Shown here one piece after another: positions 34,866 to 43,510 of a stretch of 64,000 nucleotides of DNA. How positions within the stretch are numbered: position 1 is the first letter of the stretch; the number at the start of each line of letters is the position of its first letter. The stretch lies in assembly GCA_029779845.1 (NCBI GenBank), contig JAKOZT010000064.1:334-64333 (forward strand), read 5' to 3'. The position numbers and the translations under genes were made by a program. The notes beneath the pieces were generated by a model, which saw only the letters and a list, made by a program, of their open reading frames with translations, searched no databases and was not told the DNA's origin. The DNA comes from Pseudomonadota bacterium (GTDB taxonomy: Bacteria > Pseudomonadota > Gammaproteobacteria > Burkholderiales > Burkholderiaceae_C).

Positions 34866-37061
34866 ATGCACCAAGATCCCGCCCGCCTGCCGGCCGTCAC
34901 CGGCCCCCTCTTCGCCATCGCCCTGACCGTCCTGTGCTGCGCAGCCGACGCCCGCGCCGACGAGCCGGCCAAGGAGTCGACGCTGCCACCCGTGACGGTG
35001 CGCGCCGCGCCGCTCAGCCCCGCGCAGGCGCAGGCGCAAGAGGCGCGCGAGACGCTCGACAAGGTGCCCGGCGGCACCAACCTGATCGACCTCGACGAGT
35101 TCCAGGGCAGCCAGGCCTCGGTGGCGCGCGTGCTCGAGTTCGAGCCGGGCATCGTGATCCAGGAGTTCTTCGGCGGCAACGACCAGCCGCGCGTCAACGT
35201 GCGCGGCTCCGGCATCCAGGACAACCCCGTCAGCCGCGGCATCCAGCTGCTGTACGACGGCCTGCCGCTGAACCAGGCCGACGGCAGCTTCATCATCGGC
35301 CTGCTCGACCCCGAGCTGGCGCGCCAGGTGTCGGTCTACCGCGGCGCCAACGCGCTGCGCTTCGGCGCGACGACGCTGGGCGGCGCGATCGACTTCGGCC
35401 TGCGCAACGCGCGCAACAGCCCGGCCTCGCAGGCCACGCTGGAGGCCGGCTCCTACGGGCTGCGCAAGGGCAGCGCCGCGCTGGCCGGCGCCGGCGAGGC
35501 CTGGGACCTGCTGCTGCGCGTGGCCGACAGCCGCGCCGACGGCTGGCGCGCGCACAGCGAGGCGCAGCGCAGCAGCCTGGCGCTGAACGCCGGGCTGCGC
35601 GACGGCGCGCTGGAGAACCGCACGCTGCTGCTGTACACGCGCAACCGCTTCGACGCGCCCTTCCTGCTGACCAAGCACCGCGCGCTGACCGACCCGCGCT
35701 CGGTGATGGGCGACTACGTCGGCCTGCCGCCCGACGAGGGCGGGCTGTTCGAGCAGTTCCTCAACGTGCGCGTGCGCGACCCGCACCGCGACACCGAGCA
35801 GCTGCGCCTGTCGAGCCGCACCACGCTGTTCGGCGAGGCGGCCACGCACGTGCTGGGGGTCTATGCCGAGCGCGTCGACGACACCTTCCGCAACCCGGCC
35901 ACCGAGGTGCGCACCGCGGCTACCAATGCCGGGCTGGACTACGCCGTCGACGGCGCGCCGCGGCTGTGGGGCGAACGCGCCACCGAGCTGCAAGGCTTCG
36001 TCTCGGCCAACGCCGGGCGCATGCCGCGCGAGCACCACCTGGTGAGCCCGATGGACGGCTCGCTGGCGGGCAATTTCGCGAAGGTGGGCCAGCGCGCCGC
36101 CAACCTGGTGATCGGCGGCCAGGCGCTTCAGCCGCTGGCGCCGGGCTGGCAGGCGCTGGCGGCGGCGCAGTGGGTGCGCAACGTGCGCGACATCGACGAC
36201 CGGCAGCGCCCCGGGCTGCTCGACAGCCGCATGCGCTACTCGGCCTTCAACCCCAAGCTGGGCCTGATCTTCAAGCCGGGCGAGAACGAGCGCTGGTTCG
36301 CCAACCTCAGCCGCAGCTCGGAGGCGCCGACCTTCTGGCAGCTCGCCGACCTGGGCGCCGGCTCCAACCCGGGCAGCCCGAACACGCTGTACCTCCAGGC
36401 GCACCCGCTGAAGCTGCAGACGGCCACCACCTTCGAGATCGGCACGCAGCAGCGCTCGCCGCGGCTGGGCTGGGAGGCGGCGTACTACCTCTCGCGCGTG
36501 CGCGACGAGCTGATCGCCGAGGTGCAGAACTACGCCATCGACGGCACCACGGTGAACTACGACCACCCGACGCGCCACCAGGGCGTGGAGCTGGCCTTCA
36601 ACGCCGCCACCGCGCCGGGCGTGCTGATGCGCGCCGACCGCTTCACGCTGCGCGGCATCTACAACTGGAGCGACTTCCGCTTCCGCGGCGGGCGCTACGC
36701 CGGCAAGCGCATCGCCGGCGTGCCGCAGCACCTGCTGTTTGCCGAGGGCGGCTGGTGGCCGCTGCCGGGGCTGTTCGTGGGCCTGAACGCGCGCTGGCAG
36801 CCGAAAGACACGCCGGTGGACCACGCCAACGCCGGGCTGGTGCAGGACGCCTACCTGCTGCTGGGCGCCAAGCTGAGCTGGCGGCCGAACCCGAAGGCGG
36901 AGTTCTTCCTCGACCTGCACAACCTCGCCGACCGCAAGTACCAGACCGCCTACGTGGTGCGCGGCTACTCGCCGGACAACTCGGCCTCGCCGCTGAACAT
37001 GCCCACCTTCATCCCCGGCCCGGGGCGCAGCGGCTCGGCCGGCGTCACGCTGCGCTGGTGA
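34866..37061 (+). CDS. TonB-dependent outer-membrane receptor, 731 aa
   Basis: Track ORF 34806..37061; I prefer ATG 34866 (MHQDPARLPAVTGPLFAIALTVLCCAADARA signal peptide). TonB-box-like TLPPVTVRA. Plug motifs (GGTNLIDL, RVNVRGSGIQ) and a beta-barrel C-terminus ending ..GVTLRW. Confidence 0.85.
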   Translation: MHQDPARLPAVTGPLFAIALTVLCCAADARADEPAKESTLPPVTVRAAPLSPAQAQAQEARETLDKVPGGTNLIDLDEFQGSQASVARVLEFEPGIVIQEFFGGNDQPRVNVRGSGIQDNPVSRGIQLLYDGLPLNQADGSFIIGLLDPELARQVSVYRGANALRFGATTLGGAIDFGLRNARNSPASQATLEAGSYGLRKGSAALAGAGEAWDLLLRVADSRADGWRAHSEAQRSSLALNAGLRDGALENRTLLLYTRNRFDAPFLLTKHRALTDPRSVMGDYVGLPPDEGGLFEQFLNVRVRDPHRDTEQLRLSSRTTLFGEAATHVLGVYAERVDDTFRNPATEVRTAATNAGLDYAVDGAPRLWGERATELQGFVSANAGRMPREHHLVSPMDGSLAGNFAKVGQRAANLVIGGQALQPLAPGWQALAAAQWVRNVRDIDDRQRPGLLDSRMRYSAFNPKLGLIFKPGENERWFANLSRSSEAPTFWQLADLGAGSNPGSPNTLYLQAHPLKLQTATTFEIGTQQRSPRLGWEAAYYLSRVRDELIAEVQNYAIDGTTVNYDHPTRHQGVELAFNAATAPGVLMRADRFTLRGIYNWSDFRFRGGRYAGKRIAGVPQHLLFAEGGWWPLPGLFVGLNARWQPKDTPVDHANAGLVQDAYLLLGAKLSWRPNPKAEFFLDLHNLADRKYQTAYVVRGYSPDNSASPLNMPTFIPGPGRSGSAGVTLRW

Positions 37062-37078
37062 GCGCGGAGGCACGCACG

Positions 37079-38416
37079 ATGACCGCACGACTGATCGCCG
37101 CCGCACTGGCTATTCTTCTCGCCGCCCTGGCCGGCCCCGCGCGGGCGCAGCAGGGCACGCCCGGGCTGACCGGCATCTACCACGGCGAGCACCGCATCAC
37201 GATGCGCGGCTGCCCCGGCGCGTGCAGCGCCGCCACCGCGCTGGTGCTGGGCACCGGCGTGAAGGACGCCGCCTGGACCTTCAACTTCGACCAGGGCTGG
37301 GCCGAGATCGCCGGCACCACGTTGACGGTGGGCTTCGTCTACGAGGTGCAGGACCTGGGCAACCTCGACCCGAGCGGCAACCGCGTCTACTTCAGCGACC
37401 TCGGCGACGGCACCTACCGGCTGCGGCACGGCTTCCAGATCTACAACCCGAACGTCGGCAACCCGCGCGCCGACACCTTCACGCTGCTGCGCATCACGCG
37501 CAGCGGCAACGCGCTGGCGATCGAGACGCTGGACGGCGACGCGCCGCCCGACGGCATCCCCGGCACGCAGATCGTCAACGTGTTCCCGATGACGGTGCAG
37601 CCGGATTTCGCGGGCTGGGCGCGGCTGGAGGGCAGCGACAGCAGCGGCGGCGGCATCAGCGACGCCGACAAGCTGCGCCTGCACCTGAACCCGACGGTTC
37701 TGGACACCGACGGCGACGGCCTGGCGGACACCGACGAGCTGGGCCCCGACCTGAACGCCCCGCTGGACAGCGACGGCGACGGCGTGATCGACGCGCTCGA
37801 GCCCGGCGCCGCGGCGCACGATGCGCGCCTGGCCGCCGGCGTGCCGCTGCTCGACGGCGTGCCGGGCTACGCGAAGACGGCCGACGCGCTGGCCGGCGCC
37901 ACGGTGGCGCTGCAGCTGGCCGACGCGGCGCAGCGCTTCACCGCGGTGCGCACCGGCACGCTGGTGCTGGAGGCCGACGGCAGCGCGATTCCCGACGTGT
38001 CGCTGGGCGACGCGGGGCTGGACTACCGGCACGGCTACGTGGAGTTCGCCGTGGCGGGCAGCGGCGCGGTGAGCGTGCGGCTGACCTACTCGGCCGCGCT
38101 GCCGCAGCGCCTGCTGGTGTACGGCCTGCGGCAGGTGGCGGCCGACAGGCAGCGCTACACGCTGCTGGACGCCGGCGCGTGGAAGCGGGTGGACGAGCAC
38201 ACGCTGGAAGTGACCGTGGCCGACGGCGGGGCTAACGATCTGGATGAGCGTGAAGGCTACGTGCGCGCCGGCGTGGCGCCGGTGGAGAACACGCTGGGCG
38301 GCCACGACGTGGAGTCGGGCAACGGCGGCGGCGCGCTGGACGGCGCGCCGCTGGCGCTGCTGGCGCTGGCGGCGCTCGCGCTGCGGCGCCGCAAGGCGAA
38401 GGAGGGCGGGCGATGA
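37079..38416 (+). CDS. secreted protein with TSP3-like Ca-binding repeats and GlyGly-CTERM-like tail, 445 aa (paralog of 30659..32740)
   Basis: GGAGG at 37066-37070, then ATG at 37079. Signal peptide AAALAILLAALAGPARA. Repeats DTDGDGLADTDE and DSDGDGVIDALEPG. Also DGGANDLDEREGYVRAGVAPV. Tail is GNGGGALDGAPLALLALAALALRRRKAK. Confidence 0.8.
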   Translation: MTARLIAAALAILLAALAGPARAQQGTPGLTGIYHGEHRITMRGCPGACSAATALVLGTGVKDAAWTFNFDQGWAEIAGTTLTVGFVYEVQDLGNLDPSGNRVYFSDLGDGTYRLRHGFQIYNPNVGNPRADTFTLLRITRSGNALAIETLDGDAPPDGIPGTQIVNVFPMTVQPDFAGWARLEGSDSSGGGISDADKLRLHLNPTVLDTDGDGLADTDELGPDLNAPLDSDGDGVIDALEPGAAAHDARLAAGVPLLDGVPGYAKTADALAGATVALQLADAAQRFTAVRTGTLVLEADGSAIPDVSLGDAGLDYRHGYVEFAVAGSGAVSVRLTYSAALPQRLLVYGLRQVAADRQRYTLLDAGAWKRVDEHTLEVTVADGGANDLDEREGYVRAGVAPVENTLGGHDVESGNGGGALDGAPLALLALAALALRRRKAKEGGR

Positions 38417-39423
38417 AGCGGCGCCCTCTCGTGCTGGGCCTGGGCGCCGCGCTGGCGCTGCCGGCCGCGGCGCAGCCCGCGCCGGCGGCCTCCGCGCCGC
38501 GCCGCGCGCGGCTGGTGCTGGCCGGACCGTATGCCACGGTGTCGTTCCCGCTCATCCACATGGCCGAGAGCGGTGCGCTGGCCGGCTTTGCCGAGCAGGT
38601 GGTGTTCACCGGCTGGCGCACGCCCGACCAGCTGCGCGCGCTGGCGGTGGACGGCGGCGCGGCCTTCGTCGCCGCGCCCACCAACGTGGCGGCCAACCTC
38701 TACAACCGCGGCGTGGCGCTGCAGCTGCTCAACGTCAGCGTGTGGGGCATGCTGTCGCTGGTGTCGCGCTCGGCGGCGATGAAGACGCTGGCCGACTTCA
38801 AGGGCCAGGAGATCGCGGTGCCGTTCCGCGCCGACATGCCCGACATCGTGCTGCAGCTGCTGGCGCAGGCGCAGGGGCTGGACGCGCAGCGGGACTTCAG
38901 GCTGCGCTACGTGCCCACGCCGATGGACGCGGTGCAGCTGCTGATCCACCGCCGCGTCGACCACGCGCTGCTGGCCGAGCCGATGACCTCGATGGCGCTG
39001 CGGCGCACGCGCTCGTTCCCGGTGTCGGTGATCGCGCCGGAGCTGTTCCGCAGCGTCGACCTGCAGCAGGAGTGGGGGCGCGTGTTCGAGCGCGCGCCGC
39101 GCATCCCGCAGGCGGGCATCGCCGCGCTCGGCGCGGTGCGCGACGACGCGGCGCTGCTGTCGGCGTTTCGCGCCGCCTACCGCGCCTCGGCGCAGTGGTG
39201 CGTGCAGCAGCCGGCCGAGTGCGGCGCGCTGGTGGCGCGCCACGTCGAGATGCTCGATGCCGCGGCGGTGGCCGACGCGCTGCGCCAAGCGCCCTTGCAG
39301 GAGGTGCCGGCCGCCGAGACGCGCGCCGAGCTGGCCTTCTTCTTCGGCCTGCTGCACGAGCGCCAGAGCGCGCTGGTGGGCGGACGCCTGCCCGACGCGG
39401 CGTTCTACGGGCTGCTCGACTGA
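38413..39423 (+). CDS. ABC transporter periplasmic substrate-binding protein (NitT/TauT, NMT1-like family)
   Basis: The ATG overlaps the upstream stop (ATGA). Signal peptide MKRRPLVLGLGAALALPAAAQ. Followed directly by a cognate permease and ATPase. Confidence 0.65.
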   Translation: MKRRPLVLGLGAALALPAAAQPAPAASAPRRARLVLAGPYATVSFPLIHMAESGALAGFAEQVVFTGWRTPDQLRALAVDGGAAFVAAPTNVAANLYNRGVALQLLNVSVWGMLSLVSRSAAMKTLADFKGQEIAVPFRADMPDIVLQLLAQAQGLDAQRDFRLRYVPTPMDAVQLLIHRRVDHALLAEPMTSMALRRTRSFPVSVIAPELFRSVDLQQEWGRVFERAPRIPQAGIAALGAVRDDAALLSAFRAAYRASAQWCVQQPAECGALVARHVEMLDAAAVADALRQAPLQEVPAAETRAELAFFFGLLHERQSALVGGRLPDAAFYGLLD

Positions 39424-39429
39424 ACCGCT

Positions 39430-40254
39430 GTGATGCCGCGCCTCGCACGCGCAGTCCGCTGCCTGGGTGCGGCGTTGGGCGCGTGGCTGGCCGCCGCGGC
39501 CGCGTACCTGTGGAGCGGCTGGGGCGCGGTGGCCAGCCTGCTGCTGTTCATGGCCGCGTGGGAGGCCGGCGCGCTGCTGGCGGGCCCGCTGGTGCTGCCC
39601 GGCCCGCTGGCCACGCTGGAGACGCTGCGCGGCCTGTTCGATGCCGGCCAGGCCGCGCCGCAGATGCTGATCTCGGCGCGCCGCACGCTCGCCGGGCTGG
39701 GGCTGGCGGTGGGTGCCGGCACGGCGCTCGGCGTGGCCGCCGGGCTGTCGATGACCGGCGCGATGCTGGCGCGGCCGTGGATGACGCTGCTGATGGGCAT
39801 GCCGCCGATCGCCTGGCTGGTGCTGGCGATGCTGTGGTTCGGCATGGGCGATGCGACGCCGGTGTTCACGGTGTTCGTGGCCTGCTTTCCGATCGTCTTC
39901 GCCGGCGCCTTGCAGGGCACGCGCACGCTCGACGACGGCTTGCGCGAGGTGGCGCGCGCCTACCGCCTGCCGCGCCGCATGCTGCTGCTGGACGTGCTGC
40001 TGCCGCACGTGGCCTCGTACCTGTTCCCGGCCTGGGTGACGGCGCTGGGCAGCTCGTGGAAGGTGGTGGTGATGGCCGAGCTGCTGGCCGCCAACGACGG
40101 CGTCGGCGCCGCGCTGGCGGTATCGCGCGCGCAGCTCGACACGGCGGCGTCGCTGGGCTGGATCGCCGCGGTGCTGGCGCTGCTGCTGGGCGCCGAGTAC
40201 CTGCTGCTGGAGCCGGTCAAGCGCCGCGTCGAGCGCTGGCGGAGCGCGGCGTGA
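39430..40254 (+). CDS. ABC transporter permease (NitT/TauT family)
   Basis: Complete track ORF (GTG at 39430 or ATG at 39433). Multi-TM, with an EAA-like loop (..ARAYRLPRRMLLLDVLLPHV..). Confidence 0.75.
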   Translation: MMPRLARAVRCLGAALGAWLAAAAAYLWSGWGAVASLLLFMAAWEAGALLAGPLVLPGPLATLETLRGLFDAGQAAPQMLISARRTLAGLGLAVGAGTALGVAAGLSMTGAMLARPWMTLLMGMPPIAWLVLAMLWFGMGDATPVFTVFVACFPIVFAGALQGTRTLDDGLREVARAYRLPRRMLLLDVLLPHVASYLFPAWVTALGSSWKVVVMAELLAANDGVGAALAVSRAQLDTAASLGWIAAVLALLLGAEYLLLEPVKRRVERWRSAA

Positions 40255-41102
40255 TGAACACGCTGCGCATCGAAAATCTGTCGCACCGCTTCGGCGTCAC
40301 CGAGGTGCTGCACGGCATCACGCTGGAACTCGCCGCCGGCGAGACGCTGGCGCTGGTGGGGCCGTCGGGCTGCGGCAAGAGCACGCTGCTGCGCATCGCC
40401 GCCGGGCTGCTGGTGCCGGCCGAGGGCGAGGTGCACAACCCGTTTCGCGGCAGTGCCTGCGTGTTCCAGCAGCCGCGCCTGATGCCGTGGAAGACCGCGC
40501 TGGACAACGTCGCGCTGGGCCTGAAGGCGCTCGGCCTGCCGCGTGCGGCGCGGCGCCGGCAGGCGCATGCGCTGGCCTTGCAGCTCGGCCTGCAGGAAGA
40601 CGATCTGCGCAAGTACCCGCACGAGCTGTCGGGCGGCATGCAGAGCCGCGTGTCGCTGGCGCGCGCGCTCGTGCTGGCGCCCGACCTGCTGCTGCTCGAC
40701 GAGCCTTTCGCCTCGCTCGACGTCGGGCTGAAGCAGGCGCTCTACGCCGTGCTGCGCGCGCAGGTGGCCGCGCGCGGCTGCGCGATGCTGATGATCACGC
40801 ACGACCTGATTGAAGCGGTGCGGCTGGCCGACCGTATCTGCCTGATGGCCGGCACGCCCGGCCAGATGGTGCACCAGTACCGGCTGCGCCAGCCCTTCGA
40901 GGCGCGCGACGAGGACTGGGTGCACGCCACCACCGGCCGGCTGGTGCAGCGGCCCGAGGTGCGCGCGGCCTTCGGTCTGCCGGCGCTGGCGATGGCCGAA
41001 GCGGCACCGGCGGAAACCGCAGTGCAGGAGGCGTTCGCCGCACCGCCACTGCCGCCGCATCCCGCGCATCCTGGCGGCTGCGGGGATCTGTTCCGGCCAT
41101 GA
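40254..41102 (+). CDS. ABC transporter ATP-binding protein
   Basis: ATG at 40254 overlaps the permease stop (TGATG). Walker A GPSGCGKST, signature LSGGMQSRV, Walker B LLLLDEP. Confidence 0.9.
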   Translation: MNTLRIENLSHRFGVTEVLHGITLELAAGETLALVGPSGCGKSTLLRIAAGLLVPAEGEVHNPFRGSACVFQQPRLMPWKTALDNVALGLKALGLPRAARRRQAHALALQLGLQEDDLRKYPHELSGGMQSRVSLARALVLAPDLLLLDEPFASLDVGLKQALYAVLRAQVAARGCAMLMITHDLIEAVRLADRICLMAGTPGQMVHQYRLRQPFEARDEDWVHATTGRLVQRPEVRAAFGLPALAMAEAAPAETAVQEAFAAPPLPPHPAHPGGCGDLFRP

Positions 41103-42361
41103 GCAGCTTCGCCCGCGCCCGGGAACGCCTGCAGGCCCTGCCGCTGTTCATGTGCGGCTTCCGGCCGTTCTTCCTGCTTGCGGCTGCCGCCGCGGTGGCC
41201 GGCATGGTGCTGCTGCTGGGCGCCTGGAGCGGCCTGCTGCCGGTGCCGGCGGCGCTGCCCGGCGGTCTGGTGACGTGGCACGCGCACGAATTGATCTACG
41301 GCTTCGGCATGGCCGGCGTGACCGGTTTCCTGCTGACCGCCGTGCCCGAGTTCACCGGCAGCGCCCCATTCACGCCGCGCGTGACGCTCACGCTGGTGGC
41401 GCTGTGGCTGGCCGCGCGCCTGAGCTGGCTGGCGGCATCGCTGCTGCCGGCGCTGTTGCTGCCCTTCAACCTGGCGCTGGACGGTGCGCTGCTCGCACTG
41501 GTGGCGCCGCGCCTGTGGCGCGACCCGCTGCGCCGGCATCTGGGCTTCGCCGTCGCGCTGGCGCTGCTGACGCTGCTGCACGCCGGCTTCTTCGCCGCAC
41601 TGCTGGGCGGCGGCCGGCCGCTGGCCTGGCTGCACGCCGCGGTGGGTGCGATGGCCTGCCTCGTCATCGTGGCCACCAGCCGCATCTCGATGAGCGTGGT
41701 CAACGGCCTGATGGAGGCTGGCCGCCCGGGCGCGCCGCCGCCGCAGGCGGTGTACCTGGCGCGCCCGCCGCGGCGCCATCTGGCGGTGCTGGCGATCGCG
41801 CTGTGCGGCCTGTCCGAGTTCGCCGGCGGCCCGGTGCAGGTGACCGGCTGGCTGGCGCTGGCCGCGGCGGCGGCGATGCTGCACCTGCTCAACGACTGGC
41901 ACATCGGCCGCGCGCTCTTCACGCGCTGGGCGCTGATGCTGTACGGCAGCTACTGGCTGATCGCGCTGGGCTATGCCGCGCTCGGCGCCGCCTGGCTGGA
42001 CGCGCCGCTGCAGGCCTCGGCCGGCTGGCACTTGCTGACCGCCGGCGCGATGGGGCTGTCGATGTTCGCGGTGATGAGCATGGCCGGGCGCATCCACGCC
42101 GGGCTGTGGCTGGATCGGCGGCGCTGGCTGCCCGCCGCCGCCGCGGCGATCGTGCTGGCCGCACTGCTGCGCGCGGCCGCCGGCCTGAGCGGCGCGCCGC
42201 AATGGCCGCTGCTGGCCGTCGCCGGCCTGCTGTGGGCGGGCGCCTTCGCGGCCTACCTGTGGCACGCCGCGCCAGTGCTGCTGGCCGCGCGCAGCGACGG
42301 CCAGGGCGGCTGCGCCGAGCCGGCGATGGAGGACGAACACGCGCATCGCGGCTGTGCGTGA
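41099..42361 (+). CDS. nnrS: NnrS family heme/copper membrane protein
   Basis: ATGA overlap with the ABC ATPase stop. N-terminus LPLFMCGFRPFFLLAAAAA..WHAHELIYGF..GFLLTAVPEFTG is characteristic of NnrS. About 12 TM segments. Confidence 0.85.
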   Translation: MSSFARARERLQALPLFMCGFRPFFLLAAAAAVAGMVLLLGAWSGLLPVPAALPGGLVTWHAHELIYGFGMAGVTGFLLTAVPEFTGSAPFTPRVTLTLVALWLAARLSWLAASLLPALLLPFNLALDGALLALVAPRLWRDPLRRHLGFAVALALLTLLHAGFFAALLGGGRPLAWLHAAVGAMACLVIVATSRISMSVVNGLMEAGRPGAPPPQAVYLARPPRRHLAVLAIALCGLSEFAGGPVQVTGWLALAAAAAMLHLLNDWHIGRALFTRWALMLYGSYWLIALGYAALGAAWLDAPLQASAGWHLLTAGAMGLSMFAVMSMAGRIHAGLWLDRRRWLPAAAAAIVLAALLRAAAGLSGAPQWPLLAVAGLLWAGAFAAYLWHAAPVLLAARSDGQGGCAEPAMEDEHAHRGCA

Positions 42362-42420
42362 GCGTTACGCGTCGTCCATTTTGAGACTACACTATGTCTC
42401 GAAATGGACGGAGTAGCGAA

Positions 42421-42930
42421 ATGACCGACAAAGCAACCGCTCAACGGGCCGCCCCTGCCCGCAAGTACGTCACCTATGTCCGAAGCAAAGGCGTCGACGA
42501 CTTCGTGACCAACGTTCACGAGGCGGACCCTATCGAACTCATCGAGACCGAGCGCAATGGCGTGGCCAGCGTGTTCGTGAAGGATCTTTCCAGGCGCATG
42601 GAGATCCCGGCGCAGCGCATGTTCGACATCCTCGGCGTGCCCAAGGCCACTGCCGAGAAGAAGGCCGCCGCGGGCGAGCTGCTCTCCGGCAGCGGCGGCA
42701 GGGCTGCGCTCGGCATCGCCAGGCTGCTCGGCATCGCCAACGAGATCGTCGAGAACTCGACGGCGCCCGAGGCCAGGGGCTTCGACACCGCGAAGTGGCT
42801 CGGGCAATGGCTGGAAACGCCGCAGCCCGCGCTCGGCGGCCGCAAGCCCGCCGAACTCATCGACACGCCCACCGGGCTCGAAGTGGTGGCCAAGCTGCTC
42901 GGCGCCATTCAGAGCGGCGCCTACCAATGA
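42421..42930 (+). CDS. parS: ParS/MbcA-type antitoxin (Xre-like, DUF2384 toxin-binding domain)
   Basis: Track ORF 42394..42930. I prefer ATG 42421, which has GGAG 7 nt upstream. The C-terminal pattern AKWLGQWLETPQPALGGRKPAELIDTPTGLEVVAKLLGAIQSGAY is the DUF2384 signature. The stop overlaps the RES gene start. Confidence 0.8.
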   Translation: MTDKATAQRAAPARKYVTYVRSKGVDDFVTNVHEADPIELIETERNGVASVFVKDLSRRMEIPAQRMFDILGVPKATAEKKAAAGELLSGSGGRAALGIARLLGIANEIVENSTAPEARGFDTAKWLGQWLETPQPALGGRKPAELIDTPTGLEVVAKLLGAIQSGAYQ

Positions 42931-43403
42931 TTCTCTGGCGCATCGCCGCCGAGACGCGCAAATACGGCGCCGACGACTTGAGCGGAGCCGGCGCCGCGAA
43001 GAGTCCCGGTCGATGGAATGACGACGGCCAGCCCGCGCTGTACACGGCACCGACGATCGCCATCGCGGTGCTCGAAACGGCCGCGCACGTCGACGACTCC
43101 GGGCTACCTCTGAATCGCTATCTGGTGCGCATCGAAGTCCCGGACGGCGTGTGGGCTGCCAGAGAGATCATGGATGTTTCCAAGCTGCCGGTCAGTTGGT
43201 CGGCCATCCCCGCCGGGCGCGTGAGCGTTCAGGCCGGCGCCGATTGGCTGCGCGCCATGAGCACGGCGATCCTCGAGGTGCCATCGGTCATCGTGCCCGA
43301 GGAACCGGCGGCCCTCATCAATCCCCTGCATCCCGACGCGAAGAAACTGTCGGCCCGCATCGTGCGCCCATTCGAATACAACCGGCTGTTCCGCGGGGCT
43401 TGA
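42927..43403 (+). CDS. parT: RES domain toxin (ParT/MbcT-like NAD+-targeting), 158 aa
   Basis: ATGA overlap at 42927-42930. MILWRIAAETRKYGADDLSGAGAAKSPGRWNDDGQPALYTA..SVIVPEE contains the R..E..S pattern of RES domains. Confidence 0.8.
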   Translation: MILWRIAAETRKYGADDLSGAGAAKSPGRWNDDGQPALYTAPTIAIAVLETAAHVDDSGLPLNRYLVRIEVPDGVWAAREIMDVSKLPVSWSAIPAGRVSVQAGADWLRAMSTAILEVPSVIVPEEPAALINPLHPDAKKLSARIVRPFEYNRLFRGA

Positions 43404-43510
43404 TTTCCCCGATTTGCACGCGATTCGCTGCCGATCGCCGTCATGGGCCAGAATCGGGACCGTCACAGGGTTTTGAGTGGCATTCTTTTCACGAACCGTC
43501 GAGGAATCAG

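Noticed and set aside
41152-42384. 410-aa ORF overlapping nnrS in another frame, and similar alternate-frame ORFs over the TonB receptor (34934..37078 portion), GGT (50462..51631), M16 (52144..53001) and amylase (61666..63345) genes
   Set aside because: All are Arg/Ala/Pro-rich. The competing frames contain clear family motifs (NnrS, TonB plug, GGT, HxxEH, GH13 regions).
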